Shown here: positions 49,889-59,863 of the stretch, piece by piece
Position numbering within the stretch: position 1 is the stretch's first letter
Layout of the letters: each line of letters begins with the position of its first letter
From: Cyanophyceae cyanobacterium
Lineage (GTDB): Bacteria > Cyanobacteriota > Cyanobacteriia > Cyanobacteriales > Laspinemataceae
Reading direction: 5' to 3'
Assembly: GCA_038321985.1 (NCBI GenBank)
Contig: JBBQFN010000005.1
Span: forward strand, 1 to 64,000
Length of the DNA stretch: 64,000 nucleotides
Notes under the pieces: model-generated
The model's input: only the letters and a program-made list of their open reading frames with translations
What the model was told of the DNA's origin: nothing
Databases searched by the model: none
Position numbers and translations under genes: made by a program

Positions 49889-49905
49889 ATTGTGTCCAAT
49901 CGGTT

Positions 49906-49940
49906 AACAGTTAACGATTTAGGATGAAACGTTAACTGTT
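49906..49940. other. Inverted repeat between the Crp-family gene and the DUF2232 gene
   Basis: AACAGTTAACG / CGTTAACTGTT, 11-bp stem. Confidence 0.5.
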
Positions 49941-50017
49941 GAATTTGGGTCCAGAGTGAATGGGGTTAAGAAGGCGATCGCCCCCATAAAAGGGCATTGC
50001 GATCGCGGCTAAGGTTC

Positions 50018-50725
50018 TTAGACCATCAGACGTTCCAGGGCGTGGAGGTCTGGGATACACAGGATGTCACGATCCCGTTTAATCAAACTCTTCTTTTCTA
50101 GTTTACTCAATACCCGAGTCACCGTTTCGCGCGCCAATCCACTCAGACTGCTCAATTCCCGATGGGGTAAATTAGGAATTTCAATCCCTTGGGGAGATTC
50201 TTTTCCTTGTCCCTCAGCTAAAAACAATAAAATATCCGCCACCCGAGAGGTGCTATCGGATTCTCGCAACCGCAAGCGACGGTTAACTTGGCGCAGGCGT
50301 CGTGCCATTAGCTGTGCCAACCGAATTCCGGCCAAAGGTTCCGTATGGATTAACTGGACAAAATCCTGCGCCGGGAGATTGCCAATGGTGGTGGGGGCCA
50401 GGGTAATTACATCCGTTGAGCGCGGTACCTCATCCAAAGCCGCCATCTCGCCAAAGATTTCGCCCGAGCCTAAAATATTAAGAGTAACCTCTTTGCCATC
50501 GAGGTTATAGGTCCGAATTTTGACCCACCCTTCTAATAAAAAATAAACGGAACTTCCCCAGTCATTTTCCAACAAAATAACTTGATTAGGGGGATGGGTA
50601 CGGCTCACAATATGCGCTGTCGCCCTTTCTACAACTGCCTCAGGTAGTCCATTAAAAAACGGAGTTGCGCGAATTAATTCTTCAACGTGGGGTACAGAAT
50701 CGCGAGAGGTAAATCTTTCATCCAT
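50018..50725 (-). CDS. Crp/Fnr family transcriptional regulator
   Basis: cNMP-binding FGEMAAL..PRS; HTH ELSSLSGLARETVTRVL. Confidence 0.93.
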   Translation of the reverse strand: MDERFTSRDSVPHVEELIRATPFFNGLPEAVVERATAHIVSRTHPPNQVILLENDWGSSVYFLLEGWVKIRTYNLDGKEVTLNILGSGEIFGEMAALDEVPRSTDVITLAPTTIGNLPAQDFVQLIHTEPLAGIRLAQLMARRLRQVNRRLRLRESDSTSRVADILLFLAEGQGKESPQGIEIPNLPHRELSSLSGLARETVTRVLSKLEKKSLIKRDRDILCIPDLHALERLMV

Positions 50726-51909
50726 TAGGCCATCCTCTTATAAACGCGCCAGGGGTAGATCGATGTTTTTCATAAAGGGGGTTATAGGGAACCAAGAGAT
50801 GACCAATTACATTTTTTTAGAAGAGTGTTACACACAGACCAGACGGTTGCCCTCGACTGGATACTTAGAGAATCAATAGTTAGATACAACATAAAAAGAT
50901 AAACCAATTTGTACTTTCGGGAATTTAAGCGGTGGCTTTTGGCCTCAATTAAATTTCCGGAGAACCTCAATCTTTTCCGTTGTAAATCATGCTGCACCCC
51001 TAGAGCGCCAACGCATTCCACTCAAAGTGGACTGGCTGTTTTCTCCCCCTAATTTATCGCATCTGGCTAACTGACGTTCCTTAATTCCCTAGGCTGGGGT
51101 AGTTTGGGTCCTTACTAAACCCTATGGGTTCAGAACTTGCAAAACCACAGGGCGATCGCCGGGTCTCTTAAGGGTATGCTGCTGACTACTTTAACTATAT
51201 CTGGATCCGGGGCCTGAACCACTGGAGTTTTCACCGGTTTCTAGGGGTGAACAGAGCAGTTTCCCATCCCTAGAGCCTAGCTCACTCAGGAATGATCAAG
51301 GGAAGCATACCCAATTTCAAACCCCTGATTTGAGGTCCTGAGATACCCATCTAGCCAGACTCCATTAATAACATCGTTCTTTAAGGAGATCCCAGAAAAC
51401 ACTTAGCCATCATAACCTATCCAGGTGTCTCACCCCGCAGACCCTTGACATTCTCCCCAAGGGGGTCTGTTTTTTACCTCAATTCAGGGGTTAGCAGTTC
51501 ACGCCCTAGTGTTGTTATTTGTAATAAAATGTGCATAAGGCATCATGACAGAGGGTGGCAGAAATAAAAAACGGGGTTCCTGACTGTTTCGGCGAGGGTC
51601 TATGCCTGATTAATCTGTACCCTCACCCTCAATCGGCCCATCGTTTACCGCCGCCCCTGGGCTTTTATGAGTGAAGCGCCCGAAAAAATAAATTCAACCA
51701 AAACGGGTTGGAATTAAGCCTGAGCGCTTCATACTGTAGGATCACCCGCCCTAGTCAGTCGCTCTTGCAGGGGTCCGGACCACAGAATTGGACTTAGCCA
51801 AGAATGAATCAAAAAATTGCCTCGGCACAAGCTACGATACCTTAAAAAGTACCAGTATTTTCGGGGCAAAGGGTAAGTCTGTGCTGTTCTTATCGCCAGA
51901 GGTTCTATC

Positions 51910-54684
51910 GTGAGTTCTAATCGGGATCAACTACAAGCACTGATTGCAGAGATTGATGGAATTCTGCGAAAAATGAACTCCCGCCTCCCATGGGTGAGTT
52001 TGGGGGATACTCGTCGGGTTTTGGAGCGAGTGCGTCTTTATCTGGATTCCCAACTGGCCTCTGAGGGTAGCCCGGGGGTTTCTTTGACTGCCTGGGAGCA
52101 GTATCCGATCGCCCCCGACACCAGGGCGAGTGCCCCACAAGAAGACCGGGAAGCCGCCGGAATACAGGCAGTGTTTCAAGGACTAATCCAAGATTTGGCG
52201 GGGTTGCGGAGTAACCTGATGCAGCCGTTGCAGGAAGAAATCGCAACCTTAAGCCAAGAACGACATTCCTTGATGGAAGAAGTCCGGCAATTGGAGCAAA
52301 AAAAACGGCATTACTCAACCGTAGCTGGACAACAGGCTGATCAACAGCAGGCGATCTCTGAGTTTTTACAAGCCTTGCTCGGACCCCTGCAAGAGCACCT
52401 CTCCCAAGAAGTTTCTCAGGCGATCGGACAGATAGAAACCCACTTGTTAACCGACGAGACTCCCAGTCGCCTCGGGGGTAATGCTCTCGAATCGAAGTTT
52501 CGACGAGAACCAGTCAACCCTTTAACTGAAGAGAATTCTGAGCTGTTATCCCCCCAAGCCCGATTAGAACAGTTGCAGCGGCTAGAGGGGGAGTCCGATC
52601 GCCTGTTAATGTCCCTCGACTCTACCCTGCGAGTTGTATTTGAAGCCCTCGATCGCAACGTTAATAGTTACAATGACTCCCTGGTTCAAGGCTTAGAGAA
52701 GATGCATCGCCTCGGACAGCAGGGAGAACTCATGTTTAGTGTCCTAGTCAATCATCTGGCCCAGCTTTTAGGTCAAGAGACCTCGTCCTATTTGCAATCA
52801 TCCCTGCAACTGTTGTATTCTACTCCATCGGCGCTCGATGGGACCCCCGAATCCAACCCGGAACCCCCAAACCCCGCACTTCAGCGCGATCGCCTCGAAA
52901 AGCCTCCGATTCCTCCAAAACTACCCCCAAACTCTCGCATCCCCTCTTTGCAAGAAGAACCCCAAACCTCTCCTAAAACTCCCCGAATTTCTGCCCAGGG
53001 GTCAAAAGCTCAAATTTCCCCGGAACAGAGCCAGGAACTTCTAAAATTCCCCTTTGCCGGAGCAGAATTAACCCCGCTCACGGAAGGAACAGAGGCTGAA
53101 ATTACAGCCGAGGCAAAGCCTCTTCCCATTTCCAAAACTCGGCAGGAAATGTCTCAAGACAACTTTGAATTTGCAGCCCAATTGGCACAGAGTTCGCAGA
53201 AGGATGAGGATTTGTCCTCGGTGAGTGTTCAGGAACCGAACCGGGTTTCTCCCTCAAATCTTAACCCCGATGATCTTCTACCCGAATTAGGGTTTGAGGG
53301 GTGGGTTACACCGGATGACCAATTGCCTGAGGAGTGGGATTTGTCTGCCGCTTTTGATTTAGAAGAAAATTTACCACCCGCCTCGGAGTTACTCCCCCCG
53401 TCGAACCCAAATAATCAAGATTTATTCCCCCTTAGCGCAGAACCGAACTCTCAGGAGACTGGGGAGACTTCCCCCTATGGCGAAGAAGACTTATTTGCGG
53501 ACCTCGCCAGTCTCCAAGATGCACCGGGAATGGGGGGAGAGTATTCAGAAGAGTACATGGATGAGTTTCTATTTGGCGATCGCTTGGAGTCCCTGCTGAC
53601 GGATTCAGAGTCAGAAACTGACTCCCCACCCCTCATCGAGACAACCGAATCCCCGAAAAAACCGGAACCCCCAGGGAGCAAAAACGAGGAAACTACAGAC
53701 GATTTGTTTGCTGATTTTGAGACGGTATCCCCCTCAAGCGTAGAGTTTCTGAACTGGGAACCTGAGACCCTAGACGCAAGTACCCCGCCTCCCCTGATTG
53801 AGGATTCGCTTCCCCAACTGGGGGATGAGGCGATCTCCTCCAATCTAAATTTAGAGGGAGATTGGGACGAAACCGCCTATCTCACCGCTTCTCCCCAGGA
53901 AAATTTACTGGCAGAGGAGGACCTAGAGGAGGAACTGGACAATCTCTGGCTGAGTAATACGGGTATCAAACGTTTAGACGAGGACCTTTCTAAATTAGAA
54001 GCCATCCAAAAAATAGCAGAACCGCAGGGTACAAAAGTGCAAGAATCGGGCTGGCAGGGGACCGAACTCAGCGCAGAACAATGGCTTGCGGAATTCACCG
54101 CTGAATCCCCCTCATCGGAGAGAGTCAACTGGGAGGATGTTGAGGAAACCCTGCCGGGGAGAGAAAGTAGGGATTCTCCCTTAGAACCGGATGCCGAAGA
54201 GTTCCTCCCCGAGACAGCCGAATCGGATCCGGTGGCGATCGCCTTAAACTCTGACTTTTTCAATGAGCAGGAATCCTCATCTGTGACAGAGAAGGAGATA
54301 CTTCTATCGGAGTCAAAACCCATCAACTCAGGGAAAACCGAATCCCCGGCAAAGGCGGTGTCCCCTACTCTCAAGCAGGAACCTGAACCCGAGGCAACGA
54401 GGCGAGCAAACAGTGTTTTGCCCACCTTAGATGATATTTTTGCCGAACTAATGGCGACAAATCCGCCCCCAGTCGTCAAAATAACCGCTGAAGAAGGTGT
54501 TAACCATGAGACGGTGGAAGATTTTTTTGCCAACTTTATGGATGATGAAAATCCGGCGACTGCACCAGCGGATCCTGAACCCGAGGCCACTCAGCCAGAG
54601 GTCCCCCTCCCACCCGATGATGACCTCTCTCATCCCACCCTGGATAATTTCTTTGAAAGTTGGGACGATGGTCCCACCCGCTGA
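51910..54684 (+). CDS. Large hypothetical protein: N-terminal coiled coil plus acidic Pro-rich low-complexity region
   Basis: 924-aa ORF; heptad-rich first ~300 aa; E/D/P/S-rich remainder. Confidence 0.8.
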   Translation: MSSNRDQLQALIAEIDGILRKMNSRLPWVSLGDTRRVLERVRLYLDSQLASEGSPGVSLTAWEQYPIAPDTRASAPQEDREAAGIQAVFQGLIQDLAGLRSNLMQPLQEEIATLSQERHSLMEEVRQLEQKKRHYSTVAGQQADQQQAISEFLQALLGPLQEHLSQEVSQAIGQIETHLLTDETPSRLGGNALESKFRREPVNPLTEENSELLSPQARLEQLQRLEGESDRLLMSLDSTLRVVFEALDRNVNSYNDSLVQGLEKMHRLGQQGELMFSVLVNHLAQLLGQETSSYLQSSLQLLYSTPSALDGTPESNPEPPNPALQRDRLEKPPIPPKLPPNSRIPSLQEEPQTSPKTPRISAQGSKAQISPEQSQELLKFPFAGAELTPLTEGTEAEITAEAKPLPISKTRQEMSQDNFEFAAQLAQSSQKDEDLSSVSVQEPNRVSPSNLNPDDLLPELGFEGWVTPDDQLPEEWDLSAAFDLEENLPPASELLPPSNPNNQDLFPLSAEPNSQETGETSPYGEEDLFADLASLQDAPGMGGEYSEEYMDEFLFGDRLESLLTDSESETDSPPLIETTESPKKPEPPGSKNEETTDDLFADFETVSPSSVEFLNWEPETLDASTPPPLIEDSLPQLGDEAISSNLNLEGDWDETAYLTASPQENLLAEEDLEEELDNLWLSNTGIKRLDEDLSKLEAIQKIAEPQGTKVQESGWQGTELSAEQWLAEFTAESPSSERVNWEDVEETLPGRESRDSPLEPDAEEFLPETAESDPVAIALNSDFFNEQESSSVTEKEILLSESKPINSGKTESPAKAVSPTLKQEPEPEATRRANSVLPTLDDIFAELMATNPPPVVKITAEEGVNHETVEDFFANFMDDENPATAPADPEPEATQPEVPLPPDDDLSHPTLDNFFESWDDGPTR

Positions 54685-54770
54685 AGTTTAACGGATGGCT
54701 TTTTTGCGGGGATCACCTGCGCGTTTCACGTAAGGATTCGGTTAAACTCGATTGGGTACGGCAACCAGCT

Positions 54771-56759
54771 ATGGGGGAAATCAGAAGAATGGCAGCGCCA
54801 AACGGATCGTCCGGGTTGTGGTATTTGGGAATTGATCTCGGGACGACTCACCTATCCGCGGCTTTGTTCGATCGCCTCACCTGTCAGTTATATCCGCTTT
54901 ATTGGCATCCCCTGGGTTCTCAGGGTTCTGACCCAACGTTTCGTTTGCCTTCCCAGGTTTATCTACGGTCCCAGGGGTGGTGGTTGCATCAGTTTAAACC
55001 CCTTTTGTTGCCGGGAATTGCGGGAACGAGAACGAAGGAGAACGCAGGGGACCGAGAAATACACCCCAGTGTTGTGCCCCTAGAGTTGCTGAATCGAAAG
55101 CGGGCAAAACAAGAGGTGGTGTTACGATCGCACGGACGATCCCTCGGGTTAAGCGATCTTCTGGATGCCTTGAGCTCTTTGTTAGCCACGATCACCGCAG
55201 CTGGAGTGGCCCCTGTGGAGCAGTCGGACGGTTTGCCGGTGGTAGAAGTGGCATCCGCTTCGGGGCGATCGCTGAGGTGGCCCTCTGCTTCATCTCCCCG
55301 CAGTCACGCGATTGCTACCCTGTCATCGGCGCTGACAATGGCGACGCCTTCGGCAGCCATTGGCGGTGCTGCCGGGTTAGAATCAGATCAGTTACAAGGG
55401 GCGATCTCTCAGTTACAAGGGGCGATCGTCAGTTTTCCAGGAAGTTGGCCCGATAGTTATTGTTTTAATATTCGCGAATCTATATTAAGTGCCGGTTTAG
55501 TCCAAGAACCCGCCCAAGTTTTATTTGTGGAAAATGCGATCGCAGCATGGCTATCGGTACTTCCCGGCGTCGGTGGAGAACGGGTGACAATTCCTTCGGT
55601 CTTATCGCGACAATTTCACCCCCAGGAAGGACCGGGGGTGAGTTGGCAACGGTCTCGGGCGATGGGGAGTCGCTATGGGTTGGCGATCGATTCCGGTGCA
55701 ACGATGACTGAGTTGGCGTTAGTTTGTGTCCCGGAAAACCTAGCCGAACTCAGTACATCTCACTTTGAAGTGCGGAGTTTTCCGTATGCGGGTCAAGCCT
55801 TAGACCAAGATATTATTTGTCAGCTATTTTGGAACGATACAGTCCGCCGGAATAATGGGGGATATTGGCATCTGGGGTGCGATCTGGAGTTACCCCGTCC
55901 GGGAGAGCCCGATGCAGGACGACGAATGCAGTTACAGCAGCGATTACTCGCACACCAGGTCGGGCAAGAATTGTTAGTGGCGGCTGAGGGGGTGAAGTTA
56001 GCCCTACAAGAGCAAGATGTATATACAGTAACTGTGGGTGAGTTTCGGTGGACGATCGCTCACCGGGAGTTACAAAGTTTGGTGGTTGAGCCGTTCCTCC
56101 ACTTTTTGAATCAATCTCTAAATGGCTTGTTGATTGAAACGGGTCTATCGGCGATCGCAGTTGAGCGCGCGGTCTGTACGGGGGGTACGGCACAATCTCT
56201 CTCCCTGATGGGATGGATGCGGCAAAAACTCCCGAATGCGACGTTAATCGCCGATCCACCCCGGGGAAATCGCGGTTCGGGGTCGAGTCGGATTGCCTTT
56301 GGCTTGGCGGCTTTACCTTTGTATCCTCGGGTTTTGGACCTGAATCGACAGCAGTATGGGGATTATTTTTTACTGGCGGAATTGTTGCGGGCTGTGGGGG
56401 ACGACCGCCCCCGGTCCTTGCGGGAAATTGTGGCTTTGGTGGAACGTCGCGGGATTCACGGGCGATCGCTCGGCAATCGGATTCAAGGGTTTTTGGATGG
56501 GAAGTTACCTCCGGGGTTGAGTTCGGGGGTTCCCTCTGGGATTCCGATGCCGGAACTGGCGGCGACGACGGAGTATCCTCTCACTCCCGATGTTCCACTT
56601 TTTGAGCAAGTTGATGGGACTTATCGGGTTAATCCGGAACAGTCTCGGCGGTTGTTACAATATTTACAGGCGATCGCCGCTACGACCCATCAACATTTTG
56701 AAGAACCCTTACTGCTTTATTTAAGTGAGTTTATCAGCCCTCACCGCGATCGCTTTTGA
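54771..56759 (+). CDS. Actin/Hsp70-fold ATPase-like protein; start uncertain (54660, 54771 or 54789)
   Basis: WYLGIDLGTT (phosphate 1), LAIDSGATMTE (phosphate 2), AGQALDQDI, AEGVKLAL, VCTGGTA (adenosine). Confidence 0.72.
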   Translation: MGEIRRMAAPNGSSGLWYLGIDLGTTHLSAALFDRLTCQLYPLYWHPLGSQGSDPTFRLPSQVYLRSQGWWLHQFKPLLLPGIAGTRTKENAGDREIHPSVVPLELLNRKRAKQEVVLRSHGRSLGLSDLLDALSSLLATITAAGVAPVEQSDGLPVVEVASASGRSLRWPSASSPRSHAIATLSSALTMATPSAAIGGAAGLESDQLQGAISQLQGAIVSFPGSWPDSYCFNIRESILSAGLVQEPAQVLFVENAIAAWLSVLPGVGGERVTIPSVLSRQFHPQEGPGVSWQRSRAMGSRYGLAIDSGATMTELALVCVPENLAELSTSHFEVRSFPYAGQALDQDIICQLFWNDTVRRNNGGYWHLGCDLELPRPGEPDAGRRMQLQQRLLAHQVGQELLVAAEGVKLALQEQDVYTVTVGEFRWTIAHRELQSLVVEPFLHFLNQSLNGLLIETGLSAIAVERAVCTGGTAQSLSLMGWMRQKLPNATLIADPPRGNRGSGSSRIAFGLAALPLYPRVLDLNRQQYGDYFLLAELLRAVGDDRPRSLREIVALVERRGIHGRSLGNRIQGFLDGKLPPGLSSGVPSGIPMPELAATTEYPLTPDVPLFEQVDGTYRVNPEQSRRLLQYLQAIAATTHQHFEEPLLLYLSEFISPHRDRF

Positions 56760-56786
56760 AAAACTTTTTGTATAAATTGTAGTAAG

Positions 56787-56802
56787 TGTAACAATAGCTA
56801 CA
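56787..56802. promoter_or_regulatory. NtcA-consensus box
   Basis: TGTA-ACAATAGC-TACA (TGTA-N8-TACA), about 310 nt upstream of the sugar transferase. Confidence 0.5.
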
Positions 56803-57112
56803 GAAAGAAGTAAAAATATAGGTTAAAGGACAAAAGCAATGGTCTAGAATTGTAGCCTAGCCCCGCTATTGTGAAGCGATCGCCGGATGTTGCTCAACTG
56901 GAGATTAAAATAACTTCAGGCAAGCCCAGACCGGGGCGCAGGAGTTGACCCAAACCCGCACTTAATTCTAAACAATACAAAAACTTTACAAAACCCCCAG
57001 ACATTTAAAAGTTTAAGTAAATATCCGTAGATAGCTGTACCGAATCTCCAACATTGTCAGTATGGTGAGTAAACAATCAGGATACACACCCCAAAACTGA
57101 CGGGAGAAAATC

Positions 57113-57826
57113 GTGTTAACTACTCATAAAATCGCTATATCTAACCCTTTTACACTTCCTCAACCCACTATATCTTCGTTTGAAAATACTTCGACTAATC
57201 AAAGCATTCAGCTAGAAATTCATCCCTCCCTTTACAGTAAAACAAAGCGGCTGATTGATATTCTGGGAGCATTAGTAGGATTGATGATCACAGCAGTGAT
57301 TGCTATTCCCATCGCAATCGCCATGCAGTTCGACAATCCAGGACCCCTACTCTACAGCCAAATCCGCTGCGGCCATCAGGGCCGTCACTTCCGAATGTGG
57401 AAATTTCGCTCGATGGTTGTCAATGCCGAACATCTCCAGCATTTGGTCACTAACGAAGTTAAAGGACATCTGTTTAAAAACGAAAAAGACCCTCGCATCA
57501 CCCGAGTAGGCCGGTTTTTGCGTCGCACCAGTCTGGATGAACTCCCCCAACTTTGGAACGTGCTGATGGGAGATATGAGCTTAGTGGGGACTCGTCCACC
57601 CACCCCCGGGGAAGTCAAGGATTACCAACCCCACCATTTAGACCGCTTGAACGTCAAACCAGGTCTAACGGGAGAATGGCAGACGAACGGACGCTCTAGC
57701 ATTAAAGACTTTGAAGAAGTCATTCGCTTGGATTTGGAATATCAGCGCAAGTGGTCGATTGCTTATGACTTGCTGCTGATTTTGAAAACGTTTCAGGTCA
57801 TTGTCAATCAAAAAGGAGCCTGCTAA
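57113..57826 (+). CDS. Priming phosphoglycosyltransferase (bacterial sugar transferase family)
   Basis: KRLIDI, FRMWKFRSM, DPRITRVGRFLRRTSLDELPQLWNVLMGDMSLVGTRP, KPGLTG. Confidence 0.95.
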   Translation: MLTTHKIAISNPFTLPQPTISSFENTSTNQSIQLEIHPSLYSKTKRLIDILGALVGLMITAVIAIPIAIAMQFDNPGPLLYSQIRCGHQGRHFRMWKFRSMVVNAEHLQHLVTNEVKGHLFKNEKDPRITRVGRFLRRTSLDELPQLWNVLMGDMSLVGTRPPTPGEVKDYQPHHLDRLNVKPGLTGEWQTNGRSSIKDFEEVIRLDLEYQRKWSIAYDLLLILKTFQVIVNQKGAC

Positions 57827-57873
57827 AAGCAGATGTAGGGGACAAAACCGAGCATTCAGAGCAAAATATGTTA

Positions 57874-57912
57874 ACCTAGGGCCAATACTTCGGTCGGCCC
57901 TAGGTCTTTTTT
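57874..57912 (+). terminator. Intrinsic terminator-like hairpin
   Basis: ACCTAGGGCC / GGCCCTAGGT stem followed by CTTTTT. Confidence 0.7.
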
Positions 57913-57934
57913 ATTCTGTTTTTATGAGCCATTT

Positions 57935-58462
57935 ATGACGCTCTCAACTTGGATCACTTTCTCCCGTTTACTGGGGGTGCCTTTTCTACTCTATTTCCTG
58001 TCAGACCCCACACCGAGGTTACGATGGCTTTCCGTAGTAATTTTTTTGGTAGCAGCAGGAACAGATTGGTTGGACGGCTATTTAGCCCGAAAACTGGATC
58101 AAGTTACGGAGTTGGGGAAATTTCTGGATCCGTTAGTCGATAAGTTATTGGTACTGGCTCCCCTGTTGTCCTTGGTGGAACTTGGACAGTTACCGGCCTG
58201 GGGGGTATTTTTGATTTTGTTTAGAGAATTGGCGATCGCCGGATGGCGCATCAATCCGGCTTTAACTGGCAATACGGCGATCGCAGGTGCCAATGTGTGG
58301 GGTAAGTTGAAAACCCTGAGTCAGATTCTGGCGATCGCCCTGTTGATCGCTCCTCTGCCTCCGGAATGGTCCGCAGTCGCCTTAGTTGCCTTCTGGGTTT
58401 CCGTGGCCCTGACTTGGATTTCCGGGGTGATTTACCTCTGGCCTCAACGGAGTATCTCCTAA
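57935..58462 (+). CDS. pgsA: CDP-diacylglycerol--glycerol-3-phosphate 3-phosphatidyltransferase
   Basis: TDWLDGYLARK...GKFLDPLVDK CDP-alcohol phosphotransferase motif; GKLKT. Confidence 0.93.
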   Translation: MTLSTWITFSRLLGVPFLLYFLSDPTPRLRWLSVVIFLVAAGTDWLDGYLARKLDQVTELGKFLDPLVDKLLVLAPLLSLVELGQLPAWGVFLILFRELAIAGWRINPALTGNTAIAGANVWGKLKTLSQILAIALLIAPLPPEWSAVALVAFWVSVALTWISGVIYLWPQRSIS

Positions 58463-59233
58463 ACTCCATAAAAAGGCATCATCGGTGTGAATTTTATTCC
58501 TATAGATATAGATCTATTTAAAAACCCTGGAACAAGGACTGTGTTAATTCCCTCAATCTGCTGAGTTCTATTCAATTGAGTGTAGGGCGATCGAGACGGT
58601 ATCCATCGGCTATTGAAACGATCTATCGATAGAGGGATTATGTTTATTTTGATCAGGGCTAAACTAGGGAATAAATTCAGCACCGCGAGCTGTCATAAGA
58701 GACTTTCTTTCCCTTGAATGATCCTATATATCAGGCAACTGCACGTGACAAAAAACCTGAAAATTCGCTCCCCAAAAGGGGAGGCTACCTATAAAGAGTC
58801 GGGCCAGCGTGCTTCTTGAGGTTTACTGCGTCCTCGACCCCTAAACCCGGTGGGATAGACTTGACAGTTTCCCAAAATAAAGATTAACCTGTACTGGTTG
58901 AGCGAGTTAAAAAGACAACCTATTTAAGCTGGTATCTTGTGTTGTTTGGGTATTTTCCATTCGCTTCTTTGAGGGTAGGCTAGTCAGCGTGATTCCCCAC
59001 GTCTGGGAAGTTGACCCCATTAAGCTAACCATGCCCTGCAAGCCCCTATTTCCGCTTGTACTACAGCAGCAGATATTGACGATCTGTTAGTAACCCTGTT
59101 TTTTAGGACTGTCCTAAGTTTGCCGCACCCAGTAGTTGAGACAGAACTCAATACAGCAACCTGTCAGAAGTTTAGCTTATTAAAAAGCCCACAATTCTGA
59201 CAAAGCACAAGAGCGATAATGGAGGCATTTTAA

Positions 59234-59755
59234 ATGTTGAAGCGACTTTTAACCGTAAGTTCCGTACTGGTATTGCTGCTGATCGGAATTACACCAGCTG
59301 CCTACGCACAAACCCCAGAGAAAGCGCCACAGGGTTCGATGGAAATTTTGGCTCAATCTCAAATTAGCGATGAGGATCTCGACAAGTTTTCTCGTGCTAT
59401 TTATCAAATGTTGACAATCGAGCAACAGTTTCAAGAAAGAATCGTACAAACCATTGAAAGTCAAGGGTTTAGTCAAGAGCGATTTGCAGAAATTTATGAA
59501 GCGAGCGTTCAAGCCGAACAGGACCCACAAGCTCAAGCTGCTCTAAATATTTCAACTGAAGAACAGCAAAAGTTTGCTCAAATCATGCAAGAAGGACGGC
59601 AGATTCAAGAGGAGTCTCAGCAAAAACAAGAGCAGGCGATCGCCAGTCTCGGACTTAATCTGGACCGCTTGAATGAAATCGGCACAGCTATTCAACAAAA
59701 TCCGGAACTTCAACAAGAAGTGAAGTCCCGATTAGAAGAACTTATGGACCAATAA
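59234..59755 (+). CDS. Secreted DUF4168-like protein
   Basis: Signal peptide ending AYA; two Q/E-rich helical repeats (ISDEDLDKF / ISTEEQQKF); GGAGG RBS. Confidence 0.78.
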   Translation: MLKRLLTVSSVLVLLLIGITPAAYAQTPEKAPQGSMEILAQSQISDEDLDKFSRAIYQMLTIEQQFQERIVQTIESQGFSQERFAEIYEASVQAEQDPQAQAALNISTEEQQKFAQIMQEGRQIQEESQQKQEQAIASLGLNLDRLNEIGTAIQQNPELQQEVKSRLEELMDQ

Positions 59756-59803
59756 AATCCTCCGGTTATTAGGACTAAGGAATAGTTGGGCTTTCATTGA
59801 ATG

Positions 59804-59836
59804 ATAGAGGTATATTTATTATACCTCTATTTTTTT
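59804..59836 (+). terminator. Intrinsic terminator
   Basis: ATAGAGGTATA / TATACCTCTAT stem plus T-tract, between convergent genes. Confidence 0.75.
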
Positions 59837-59863
59837 GATTTATTCCCGTGAGGAAATTAGAGA

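Noticed and set aside
53475..54590. Long Ser-rich antisense ORFs (122 and 237 aa)
   Set aside because: Mirror of the Glu/Asp-rich sense frame; no independent support
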